A stretch of 64,000 nt of DNA from an uncultured Alphaproteobacteria bacterium (lineage in GTDB: Bacteria > Pseudomonadota > Alphaproteobacteria > CACIAM-22H2): positions 384,143 through 448,142 of the forward strand of contig CAVVJD010000022.1 in the NCBI GenBank assembly GCA_963748455.1, in the 5' to 3' direction. Each line of letters starts with the position of its first letter. The stretch's first letter is position 1. Positions 9,818-19,486 of this stretch are shown in pieces. A program made the translations under genes and the position numbers. The notes beneath the pieces were generated by a model. That model did not search any database. It was not told where the DNA came from and worked only from the letters and a program-made list of their open reading frames with translations.

Positions 9818-10661
9818 CTATTCGGGAACCAAAGTGGTGACGCTGGTGCGGCCGCGTGGTGCCGGCCCGAAAGCGACGCAGCAAATACTCCAACACATCT
9901 GTCATCGTCTCGGCAAACTGCCAGGGCGGATTGACGATGATGAGGCCGCAGCCGTTGAGATGATCGGGATCGTTGTCGGGCCGGCGCAGTAGCTCGGCGG
10001 CGATGACGCGACGCATGCCGCTGTCGACCAGGGCCTGATGAAATTCCGCCACCGGGGCGCGGTGCTTGATCGGGTACCAGATGGCATAGACGCCGGTGGC
10101 GAAGCGGCGATGCGCGTTCTGCAGACCGCGCACGATGCGCGCGAATTCGTCCGTCACTTCGAAGGGCGGATCGACGAGGACGAGACCGCGGCGCTCCTTG
10201 GGCGGCAGTTGCGCCTTGAGCGCGGTGTAGCCGTCGCCCGCTTCTGCGATGACGCGGCGGTCGCGGCCGAGGCTGATCTCCAGTGCCTGCGCATCCTCGG
10301 GATGCAGCTCGACCGCGACCAGCCGGTCTTGCGGGCGCAGCAGCGCCTGGATCAGGGCCGGCGAACCGGGATACCAGCGCAGCCCCTCGCCCGCCGGGTT
10401 GAGTGCCCGCACCGCCTGGAGATAGGGGGCGAGTGCCGAGGGTGCGTCGGCATCGTCAAGGATGCGCGCGATGCCGTCGCGATATTCCAAGGTTTTCGCG
10501 GCTTCCTCGCCGGCCAGATCGTAGCGCCCGGCCCCGGCATGGGTGTCGAGCACGAACAAGGGCGTATCCTTCTGCTGCAGGTGAGCGATCAGGATGGCGA
10601 GGCCCGCGTGCTTGACGACATCGGCGAAGTTGCCGGCATGGTAGATGTGTCGATAATTCAT
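9818..10661 (-). pseudogene. rlmJ: 23S rRNA (adenine2030-N6)-methyltransferase RlmJ, with a frameshift in the last ~25 codons
   Basis: The N terminus MNYRHIYHAGNFADVVKH...NPPW matches E. coli RlmJ. The family C terminus (...TSVTTLVPE*, stop at 9818..9820) is in a different frame. As written, the ORF reads through to 9609 across the next gene. Confidence 0.8.
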
Positions 10662-10741
10662 GGCGGCCGAGCAATGCCGGCTGGCGCGCGCGGCGTCAAG
10701 CGGGGCTATACTGCGCCGTTAACAAATCCTCAGGGGAAACG

Positions 10742-11600
10742 ATGCGACTGTGCCGCTACAACGACGATCGCCTGGGCGTGGTCAAGGGCGATAAGGTTCA
10801 TGACGTCACCAAGGTGCTCGAACTCGCTGCCCGCCCAGCGCTGGCCGCTGCCGCTGGGCGACCTGCTTATCGCCAATCTGGCGCGGCTGCGGCCGGAGAT
10901 GGAAAAGCTGGCGGCGCCTGCCCCCGGCCAGAGCCTCGCCGGGCTCTCGCTCAAGAGCCCCGTCGCCAACCCCAGCAAAATCATCGGCGCGCCGATCAAC
11001 TACAACGACCATATCGCGGAATCGAAGGCGGACCAGGGCATCGCGCATGGCCGCGAGATCAAGACGATCGGCGACTGGGGCGTGTTTCTCAAGGCCAACA
11101 CGGCGCTGGTCGGCCCGAGCGAGGGTGTGGCACTACGCTTCACCGACCGTCGCAACGACCATGAGGCGGAGCTTGCCGTCATCATCGGCAAGGAAGGCAC
11201 GCAGATTCCCAAAGCACGCGCACGCGAATACATCGCGGGTTACGCCATCGGCCTCGACATGACGGTGCGCGGGCCGGAATTCCAGTGCTTCCGCAAATCA
11301 GTCGACAGCTACGCTGTGCTGGGTCCGTGGTTGGTGACGGCGGACGAGATCGCCGATCCGAACCTGGTCGATTTCGAGCTGAAGGTGAACGGCGAGACGC
11401 GGCAGAAATCCAACACGCGCTTCCTGGTCTTCGATGTCGAGCGGCTGATCGAATATGCGTCGAGCGTCTATACGCTGCTGCCCGGCGACATCATCATGAC
11501 CGGGACGCCCGCCGGCGTGGGGCCCGTTAAGGCGGGGGACACGATGAACGTCGAGATGGCGGGGATCGGCCGGATGGAAGTCAAGGTGCGCGCTGCATGA
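10742..11600 (+). pseudogene. fumarylacetoacetate hydrolase (FAH) family protein, frameshifted near codon 28
   Basis: MRLCRYNDDRLGVVKGDKVHDVTKVLE is in ORF 10742..11164. It continues as LPAQRWPLPLGDLLIANL...GDIIMTGTPAGVGPV in the frame of ORF 10038..11600. Confidence 0.8.
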
Positions 11601-12166
11601 GACAGTTTGCGGGTTCTCCAACGAGTATCATGCCGCCCGAGCAGTTCCGCTCGCCGCGCGTGGTGCTGCGCCGGCCGGTCGAAGCGGATGCCGAGCCGAT
11701 GTTCGACCAGTACACGCGCGACCCGGAAGTGTCGCGCTATCTGTCGTGGCGGCCGCACCGGCATCTGTCGGACACGCGCCAATACATCTCTATCTGCCGC
11801 GAGCGTTGGCGCGGCCATCATGCGCGCACCTATGCGATCGACGTGCCCGGGCACAAGGCTGCCGGCGCCTTCGAGCTGCGCTACGGCGAGAGCGTGCATG
11901 GCGTGACGTTCGGCTATGTGCTCGCGAAGCCTCTCTGGGGCCGGGGCTATATGAGCGAGGCGCTGCGCTCCGTCGTCGAATGGGCGATGGGCCAGCCCGA
12001 GATCTGGCGCATCTGGGGATTCTGCGATGTCGAGAATCCCGGCTCGGCGCGCGTGATGGAAAAAGCAGGCCTCGATTTCGAAGGCGTGCTGCGCCGCTTC
12101 GCCATCCATCCCAATATCGATCCGGTGCGGCCGCGCGACTGCCGCTGCTACGCCCGCGCGCGCTAA
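11597..12166 (+). CDS. GNAT family N-acetyltransferase (RimJ/RimL-like)
   Basis: Acetyltransferase fold motifs (GYVLAKPLWGRGYMSEAL...NPGSARVMEKAGLDFEG). ATGA overlap with the FAH stop. Confidence 0.8.
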   Translation: MRQFAGSPTSIMPPEQFRSPRVVLRRPVEADAEPMFDQYTRDPEVSRYLSWRPHRHLSDTRQYISICRERWRGHHARTYAIDVPGHKAAGAFELRYGESVHGVTFGYVLAKPLWGRGYMSEALRSVVEWAMGQPEIWRIWGFCDVENPGSARVMEKAGLDFEGVLRRFAIHPNIDPVRPRDCRCYARAR

Positions 12167-12603
12167 GGGCCGCCTTTCGGTACGTGAGCGCAATCACACT
12201 GGAATTGCGCGACTCGCGATAAATTTTTGACCGTGACGGCCGCGACTTTGCGCGGACCCGGCTCATTTTTTCGGACGATGCCGGCCCAATTGCGGGCGGA
12301 TTCAATCGCGCTTGGACCAGGCAGAACGGGCTCCCAGCATCCGGTTCGCCAATCGTGCGCGTGATCGACCGGATGCCAATTCCCCGACGCCGCGCGCACG
12401 GCCCGGGGCTTTTTCGATCCGGTCCTCGGGCTTGATCGGCCGCATGCGACGCCCTAAATTTCCCCTCGTCGAAAAAGGCGGACCGGTTTGGTTAGCCCGG
12501 TCGCTCCCGTCGCCGGGGGCTCTGGCTGGCGCAGTCTGCGCCAAGTCCCACGACCCAAATCGCGGCCGCAATTTCGTGGCCGCGCAACGATGGGACGTGG
12601 ATC

Positions 12604-13024
12604 ATGCAACAGCAAATGTCGGTCATCACCCTGGGCGTTAGCGACCTCGCGCGCTCGCGCCGTTTCTATGTCGACGGCTTCGGCTGGGCGCCGGTGCTCC
12701 AGAATGCCGAGATCGTGTTCTACCAGATGAACGGGTTCGTCCTCGGCACCTGGCTCACGGCGGCCCTCGAAGCGGATTCGCAACGCGCCGGCCTGGCGCG
12801 GCCGGGCGCTTTCGCACTGGCGCACAACGTCGCCACGCGCGACGACGTGCAGCCGGCCCTCGACCGCTTGGCGCGTCAGGCGGCCGGCTGTTGAAGCCCG
12901 CGAACGAGCCGGTGCATGGCGGCTATTCCGGCTACATCGCCGACCCGGACGATCATGCGTGGGAGATCGCGTGGAACCCGGCCTGGCCGATCAGCAAAGA
13001 GGGCTATGTGAGGTTCGGGGTCTG
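12604..13024 (+). pseudogene. VOC (glyoxalase/bleomycin-resistance) family protein, frameshifted
   Basis: ORF 12604..12894 (VITLGVSDLARSRRFYVDGFGW...) stops at TGA 12892..12894. The family C terminus (GGRLLKPANEPVHGGYSGYIADPDDHAWEIAWNP...) continues in another frame to the stop at 13022..13024. Confidence 0.75.
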
Positions 13025-13103
13025 AGGATCTGCATCGGCGCCATTGCCAGGGGGCATCACTCCTGAGATACAGGATGTGTTCATGTCTCCTGGTGAGGCG
13101 CCG

Positions 13104-13514
13104 ATGCGTTTTATTGCCCTGGCCGTAAGTCTAGTCCTGTCGATGCTCGCGGGCTGCGCGCCCAGCGCCGTGGAATGCGGCCCGGGCGCCAAGGCGATGA
13201 ATGTGACGCAGATGTTCTTCGGCCGCGACATCTACGGCAAGGGCGAGGTGAGCGAGGCGCAATGGGCGGCGTTCGTGCGCGACACGATCATCCCGCGCTT
13301 CCCCGACGGGTTCACGGTGCTGGACGCGACGGGCCAATATCTCGACACCGCGCGCAACGCGGCGATCAGCGAGAAATCCAAAGTCGTCATCATCGCCGCA
13401 GGCGACGACGCGGAGTCCCGCGCCAAGCTGGGCGCGATCGCGGACACCTACAAGACGCGCTTCGAGCAGCAGGCCGTGGGCATGATCACACGCCCGGCTT
13501 GCGCGTCGTTCTAG
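13104..13514 (+). CDS. DUF3574-like lipoprotein
   Basis: Lipobox LSMLAGC after MRFIALAVSLV. The remainder (MFFGRDI...WAAFVRDTIIPRFPDGFTVLDATGQY) resembles DUF3574, from memory. Confidence 0.65.
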   Translation: MRFIALAVSLVLSMLAGCAPSAVECGPGAKAMNVTQMFFGRDIYGKGEVSEAQWAAFVRDTIIPRFPDGFTVLDATGQYLDTARNAAISEKSKVVIIAAGDDAESRAKLGAIADTYKTRFEQQAVGMITRPACASF

Positions 13515-13529
13515 CCCCACACCGGCGGT

Positions 13530-14963
13530 CTATAACCAGTATGCCCAGGCGCGGGCGAAGAGTTCGCGAAAACGCTGATCGAGACCGCGTTGGCGCCAGG
13601 CCTCCCGCGTGATTTCGGTGGCGTTGCGCAGATCGTCGTTGAACATTGCCTCCATCTCGCCGCCCGGCTCGGCGCCGAGCGCCACCACGTCAATCTCGGT
13701 GTTGAAGCTGGCGCTAAGGCTGTCGATATTGGAAGAGCCGATGGCGGACCACACGCCGTCAACTACCGCGGTCTTGGAATGCAGGACCGCGTCGTTGAGC
13801 TCGAAGATCTTGACGCCGGCTTCCAGCAAATCGTCATAGTGCGAGCGGCCAGCATCCATGGCGATGGCCCAGTCGGAGCGGCTGGGCAGCAGCAACCGAA
13901 CATCGACACCGCGACGCGCGGCAGCTTCGAGTGCATCGACCTGCTCGCGCTGCGGCACGAAGTAGCCGGTGGTCAGCCACAACCGGCTTTCGGCGTGCTG
14001 CATGGCGGAGAGGAGAGTCACGTAGAACAGCGGTGCCGCGCGCGCGGGATCGCTGCCGATCACGCGAATTGCGGTGTCGCCGGCGGCCCGGAACCGCGGA
14101 AAGAATCCGGCCTCGGGAAGGGACTCGCCCTTCTGGCTTTGCCAGGTGGCGAGAAAGAGGCGCTGGAAATCCGCCACCGCCGGCCCTTCGATGCGAACGC
14201 TGGTGTCGCGCCAGCGATCCGACAATTCAGGCTTGCCGCCGCTGCTCAGAACATTGCTCGAATAGACCTTGCTTAAATTGATGCCGCCGGTGATGGCCAC
14301 CTTGCCGTCCGCGATCAGCATCTTGCGGTGATCGCGATTGGCTGGCGAATAGGCGGCAGGCGCGCCACCGACCACGGGTTTGTTAAACGCCAGAAGACGG
14401 ACACCGGCCTTGCGCAACCGATCGAACACCTCGTTCGGCGTCAGTGACGAGCCCAGGCTGTCATAGATCAGATTGACCGCCACGCCCCGGCGGCGCTTCT
14501 CGATCAGAAGGTCGACGATGGAGCGGCCGTTCAGCTCGACGTCCTCGAAAATGAAGTACTCAAGATTGAGATGATGGCGCGCCGTGCGGATGAGATCGAA
14601 GACGGCCGCGAAACTGGCCTCACCGTCGCGCAAAATCCTGGCCCGATTGCCGATTGTGATGGGCGTGTCGGTGATCGCCTCCTCGATAGCCAGATGGCGG
14701 CGCAGAACGTCGGCATTCGGGGCCTCGGCGAGCAGACGATCGAGGATGGCCTTGCTCTGCGCTTGCGACAGCGGCCCCTGCACGCCCTCCAGACGCGGTG
14801 GTGCTGCGCGCCCCGCCCCGAGCGGAATCCGCTCCTGGGGGGCAGCACTGCACGCGACGACAAGACCTAGAGTGCATAGTGCCAGCGCCAAACGGCACAG
14901 GCGGCGGAACGCGAGAGCGGCCAACGCGACCCTCCGGGCGTCAGAATGACCCCAGAAGATCAA
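13530..14963 (-). CDS. phospholipase D / cardiolipin synthase family lipoprotein
   Basis: Two HKD motifs (HRKMLIADGKVAITGGINL and LHSKTAVVDGVWSAIGSSNID). Lipobox LGLVVAC near the N terminus. Start uncertain (TTG 14963 or GTG 14930). Confidence 0.85.
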   Translation of the reverse strand: MIFWGHSDARRVALAALAFRRLCRLALALCTLGLVVACSAAPQERIPLGAGRAAPPRLEGVQGPLSQAQSKAILDRLLAEAPNADVLRRHLAIEEAITDTPITIGNRARILRDGEASFAAVFDLIRTARHHLNLEYFIFEDVELNGRSIVDLLIEKRRRGVAVNLIYDSLGSSLTPNEVFDRLRKAGVRLLAFNKPVVGGAPAAYSPANRDHRKMLIADGKVAITGGINLSKVYSSNVLSSGGKPELSDRWRDTSVRIEGPAVADFQRLFLATWQSQKGESLPEAGFFPRFRAAGDTAIRVIGSDPARAAPLFYVTLLSAMQHAESRLWLTTGYFVPQREQVDALEAAARRGVDVRLLLPSRSDWAIAMDAGRSHYDDLLEAGVKIFELNDAVLHSKTAVVDGVWSAIGSSNIDSLSASFNTEIDVVALGAEPGGEMEAMFNDDLRNATEITREAWRQRGLDQRFRELFARAWAYWL

Positions 14964-15017
14964 CGATCAGCGCCGCCGATTGTCCCGGACAATCGGCGTT
15001 ACCGGAGGGCTTCGTCC

Positions 15018-16233
15018 TCAGAAATTCATCAGCAGGCCGACAACGGCGCCGGTCGCCTTGTTGGAATCCGGCGTTCCGGCGGAACCGTTTCCGTCGAACT
15101 CCGTCCGGAACAGCACGCCTTCGACGGAGACGCCCGCGCCGAGAAGATATTTTCCCCCGAGCGACAAGCCGGAGAACTTGTCGTCGCCGAACGATGGGCC
15201 GGCGGCCGGCGAGCTGTCGTTGCGCCCGTTGGCGTAGGTCAGGCTGACCGAGGCGGGGCCGAATGTGTACATGCCGCCGAGGTTCCAGGCGTTGCCTTCG
15301 ACGCGGTTTGGCCCCGTGCCGGCCGTCGATGCGGCGCTATTGGTGCCCGATGATCCCGATCTTCCGCCGATAATGCGCGCATAGGATCCGCCGATCGTGA
15401 AGCCGGCAAAGCCCAGCCGCAGCCCCGCCTGGTAGGCGTCGGGATCGGGCGCGCCGGGCGGACCATCCCAGGTAAAATAGCCCAGCGATGCCGCAACATC
15501 GAATGCGCCAAAGGTGCGCACGAAATTCGCACCGACCGCGACACCGCTCGAATAGCCGATCGACGACTGAGCGGGCACGTTGCGATCCTGCGAGGATTCG
15601 GGGATATAGGATAGGCCGACCTGAAAGCCCACGATGCGCGGCGTGTAGTAGGTGATCTTTTCCGAATCGTTGTCGAAGAAGCGGTTCTGCGTGCCGATGA
15701 TCGTCGAATCCAGGCTTGGCGACGCCGTCGCGTTGATGACGTTGTTGGTCAGGTTGCCGTCGTCCACGAGCCAACCGCGGCTGAACGCCTCCGGCGCTTC
15801 ATAGTGCATCCGGTAGGCGGCGTTGTTGAGCGAGCCGACTTCGATGCGGCCGAAGCGGGTTTCGACGAACATATAGGATTCGTCGATCTGGTCGGAATCG
15901 GTGTTGCCCTCCAATTCGACGCGGAATCCCACGACCAATCCATTGGCCAATGTCGTGCGGCCATTGAAGTGGATTTCGGAATCGTACGAGACATCGAAAC
16001 GCGCCGGGTTACCGGGCACGCCGGCGCTGGTCACATCGTCCTGGCTGATATACGACAGGAACTGACCGAAGAAGCCCCCGATGGACACCTGTACCGGCTC
16101 GGCGCGATTTTGCGCTTGCGCTGGCGTGGCATCCAAGCCGACGAACGTGAGTGCGGTCGACGCCAACAGGCACGTCGCGACATTCGAGCCTGCAGCGGAT
16201 GCAAATTTGCGACGTGAGCGATGACGAATTCAC
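15018..16233 (-). pseudogene. outer-membrane porin; start codon and mature protein are in different frames
   Basis: Beta-barrel sequence ending ...VVGLLMNF. In-frame upstream sequence (RRKFASAAGSNVATCLLASTALTFVGLDATPAQA) is a signal peptide with no start codon after an in-frame TGA. GTG 16233 has the SD GGGGAGG but lies one frame off. Confidence 0.7.
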
Positions 16234-16391
16234 GGGCGCCTCCCCTTTTTTCACCCTTTTACGACGCCGGCAGGAGGATGAACGTCTCCTTCACTTTGCG
16301 TAATACCATTATTGCGGGATTTTCCGGCATGATCTGGCCCGTTCTCGCCAGTGGCGGACGACGCGTCGCGGCCGGCCATCGCCATCGCGGG

Positions 16392-17049
16392 CTATCGCTG
16401 CGGCAGGCTGTCCCAAAGCCCGGTGAAACCGATCCAGAAGGTCTGGACGCCGATACACAACAGAATGAACGCGAAGATCCGCGAGAATGCTTCGGAGCCG
16501 GCAGCACCGAGCACCCGCTCGATCTTGTCGGAATGCCGGAAACAGAAATAGACGAGGGCGGCAATGGCGAGGACCGCGAGAAGTGCGCCAAGGACGAAGC
16601 CGCCGAGCAGGCTGGCTCCTTTTGGCCGCGCCGTGCCGAGCGCAATGCAGGCCGCAATCGTCCCCGGACCGGCCGTCAGCGGCATTGTCAATGGAAAGAA
16701 TGCTCCATCGCCTTTCCCCCGGGCCGGCGTTGGCGCGGGCTCGCTGGCGTTGGCGCTGCTCAACATTTGCCAGCCGATCATCGAGACAACGATGCCGCCC
16801 GCAACGCGCAGCACGGGCAGCGAGATGCCGAAAAGGATCAGGACGTAGCTGCCGATCGAGAGCGAGACCAGAATGAGGATTCCCGAGTAGAGGGCAACCC
16901 GCGAAGCCAGGAAGGCCCGCTCCGCTTTCGAACTCGCGGTAGGTCATGGCGAGAAAGAGCAACGCCGTGCCGGGCGGGTTGATGATCGGAAACAACGTCG
17001 CAAGGACCAGCAGGAATGCCTGTGCGACAGGGCCCACAAATTCGGTCAT
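16392..17049 (-). pseudogene. MarC/UPF0056 family membrane protein, frameshifted
   Basis: The N terminus (MTEFVGPVAQAFLLVLATLFPIINPPGTALLFLAMTYRE) is in ORF 16309..17049. It continues (SKAERAFLASRVALYSGILILVSLSIGSYVLILFGISLPVLRVAGGIVV...) in the frame of ORF 16392..16814. Confidence 0.75.
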
Positions 17050-18033
17050 GGCCGCCTCCGTGCATCTTGAAGCAAGAGGGATTGCAGCTCATCGAGCCAG
17101 CGATCGATGGCCAGAAGCTCATCGATGATCAGCCAGAATTGCACCGGCATGGCGGGCGTCGCCACCAACGACGCGGGCGCTTTTGTTGCGGCCGCGGGTT
17201 CGGCAGAAGCCGCGTCGTTGCGAAAGTCGCGTTGAGCCAGGCGCAGCCGGCCGGCGATGTAGCGATAGAAATCCCCGATCGAGGCGAGCTGATCGCCCGG
17301 CACGGTCGGCTCGGCTCGAAGTCAGGGCCAGGCTGGTCGACAGAAGCGCTACGGCGATCTTGACGACAATCTGCGCCTCGAGTTGCAAGCGAGCGCGTTC
17401 GCGGTAGAGCAGCGGATCGAGGCGAATGTTGGTGATGGATTTGGGCAGCGCCGACAGCGCCGCGAACACCTTTCGCTGACCTTCGAACGGATTCATCCGG
17501 GGGTCACAGGGGGCAAGTTGCTCCGCAAGCTTGGCGCTGGCCGCCAGAACGGCGCAAATCGTCGAACTGAAATTGAGCTTCCCGACCAAGGGCCAGAGCA
17601 TGACGCTCACCGCCAGGGCCACGGCGACACCGGCCACCGTGTTGGTGAAGCGGTAAAAGCCATAGCTACCGACGGTTTCCGTATGCAGGACGACCGTCAC
17701 GGCCATCACCGTGACGGCGACGCGGGTGACCGCGATGCCGCCCAGCATCATGCCAATCGGCGCCACGATCACGATCGTGACGCCGAGCGCCAGGGCCGGA
17801 TGATGCAGCCATATCGACGCCAGGCTGACGAGAGCGCCCAAGAGCGTGCCGATGATGCGATCCCTGGAGACGCCCACACCTTCGCCCACGCTGGGCGCCG
17901 TGACCAGCCCCGCGCCCAACACGGCATAGATGGCATTGGTCGGATCGCGGCCATGCGTGACAAAATAGGCCAGTATCATCGACAGGCCGATTTGCAGGCA
18001 GAACAGCCATTGCTCGCGAGTCAGCGTCTTCAT
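17046..18033 (-). pseudogene. FUSC/ArAE-like membrane protein, frameshifted in the C-terminal third
   Basis: The TM-rich N-terminal 240 aa are in ORF 17119..18033. The plausible C terminus (PGDQLASIGDFYRYIAGRLRLAQRDF...LDELQSLLLQDA) is in ORF 17046..17303, whose stop overlaps the MarC start. Confidence 0.6.
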
Positions 18034-18063
18034 TGCGCAAGCCCCAGCGGCTTGCCATGGCCG

Positions 18064-18474
18064 CTATGCCATGAGCCAGACAATCACCGTGCCCCAGATC
18101 GTCAGAAAAATATGGCCAAAGGGCGCGGCGGCGGTATATCCGACCACCGCGATGGGACTGCCGGATTTCTGCTGCACGGCGGCAAGCCCCGCCGCCATGG
18201 TCTGCGCGCCGGCGAGTGCCCCCAGCAGCAGGATGGGATTTATCTTGAAGACATAGCGGCCAACGAAAAGCCCAACCAACAGCGGCACCACGGTGACGTC
18301 GATACCGCCGAGAAAAATACCGAGCCCCTCGCTCTGCAAAGGCGAGAAGAAGACCGGTCCGAGGCTGAAGCCGCCGATCTTGACGGAGCCGACCAGATAG
18401 CCGCAGGCCACCGCGAGATAGAGTGCCAGTTCTGGGTAGTGCGCCAGAAAGTCGCCTAACCAGTCGATAGGCAT
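18064..18474 (-). CDS. short (136 aa) Asp-Al_Ex (AAEx) domain protein, possible remnant of a YidE/YbjL-type transporter
   Basis: From ATG 18474: MPIDWLGDFLAHYPELALYLAVACGYLVGSVKIGGFSLGPV...ALAGAQTMAAGL...IWGTVIVWLMA. It aligns by eye to the N-terminal membrane half of the 565-aa paralogue at 19671..21368 but lacks about 45 aa. Confidence 0.5.
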   Translation of the reverse strand: MPIDWLGDFLAHYPELALYLAVACGYLVGSVKIGGFSLGPVFFSPLQSEGLGIFLGGIDVTVVPLLVGLFVGRYVFKINPILLLGALAGAQTMAAGLAAVQQKSGSPIAVVGYTAAAPFGHIFLTIWGTVIVWLMA

Positions 18475-18502
18475 GGCATCCTCTTGCACGCGTTGCGATG
18501 CG

Positions 18503-19486
18503 TCACGGTTTCTGCTCTGCCCAGCGCATGATGAGCTGGAAGGAGATCGAAAGGATGATCGGGCCGATGAAGAGCCCGATGAGACCCATGGCGAGCATCC
18601 CGCCGATGATCCCCATGAAGAGGAGCCAGATGGGCACGGGAAAATCCTGGCCAAGGAGGAGCGGCTTGAGGGCGTTGTCGAGGATGCTGACGAAGACCGA
18701 CCAAACGGCCAGAAGAATCGCCATGTTCAGATCGCCCTGCGCCCACAGCCACAGGGCGACGGGGATGCCGACCAGCACCATGCCGAGCTGCATGGAGAAC
18801 AGCACAAAGCAGAAGAACGCCAACAGGACCGGTGCCGGCGCGCCGGCGACCGCCAGGCCGATCCAGGCGAGGATCGCCTGGATGACGGCGGTGCCGAGAA
18901 TACCCTTGGAAATGCTGCGGGTCGTTTTCTCGATGGTGGTGACGATGTCGACGCTGTCGGCAGCGCCAAGCCGCTCGACCAGCAGCAGGAAGAACGCTTT
19001 GAGGCGCGCTGCATTGAGCAGGAAGATCGTCGACAGAACGATGGCGAGGGCGGCCTCGAACAAGACAAGAGTCGAGCTCAGGACCTGCGACAATAGCCAC
19101 AAGATGGCGTCACGGACGCGCGGACGCAGCGTCTCAAGTGTCCCTGAAAGGTCCGAGACCGCGGCAATCCAAGCCCTGTTCAATCGTTCGCCGATGAGCG
19201 GGAGCTTTTCCACCCAAGGCGGCGGCGTCGGAAGGTCGACCGTACTGCCCTGCGACAGATACGCCGAGATCGCGTTCACGTGGTCGCTGATGGTGAGGAC
19301 GATGATGGTCAGCGGCAGGAACAATGTAACCGCCAGCAACAATCCGATCAGGATTGCCGCGATCACGCGGCGGCCGCGCAGCGCCCGCACAATCTTCAGG
19401 AAAAGGGGATAAATCGAGATGGCGATGATCGCACCCCAGATCACCGCCGGCACGAAGGGCAGCACGATCCACAAACTCGCCGACAA
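18503..19486 (-). CDS. AI-2E (PerM) family transporter; 5' end unresolved
   Basis: Typical AI-2E TM pattern. In-frame upstream codons (GHPIRTTIAVLLVLLLL) look like part of TM1, but there is no ATG/GTG/TTG between them and an in-frame TGA. The best SD plus start (GGAG-N4-GTG at 19563) is out of frame. Confidence 0.75.
   Translation of the reverse strand: MSASLWIVLPFVPAVIWGAIIAISIYPLFLKIVRALRGRRVIAAILIGLLLAVTLFLPLTIIVLTISDHVNAISAYLSQGSTVDLPTPPPWVEKLPLIGERLNRAWIAAVSDLSGTLETLRPRVRDAILWLLSQVLSSTLVLFEAALAIVLSTIFLLNAARLKAFFLLLVERLGAADSVDIVTTIEKTTRSISKGILGTAVIQAILAWIGLAVAGAPAPVLLAFFCFVLFSMQLGMVLVGIPVALWLWAQGDLNMAILLAVWSVFVSILDNALKPLLLGQDFPVPIWLLFMGIIGGMLAMGLIGLFIGPIILSISFQLIMRWAEQKP

Noticed and set aside
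10038-10741. 5' extension of the 520-aa ORF containing the FAH domain
   Set aside because: The extension is antisense to rlmJ and not family-like. The genuine FAH N terminus is at 10742 in another frame.
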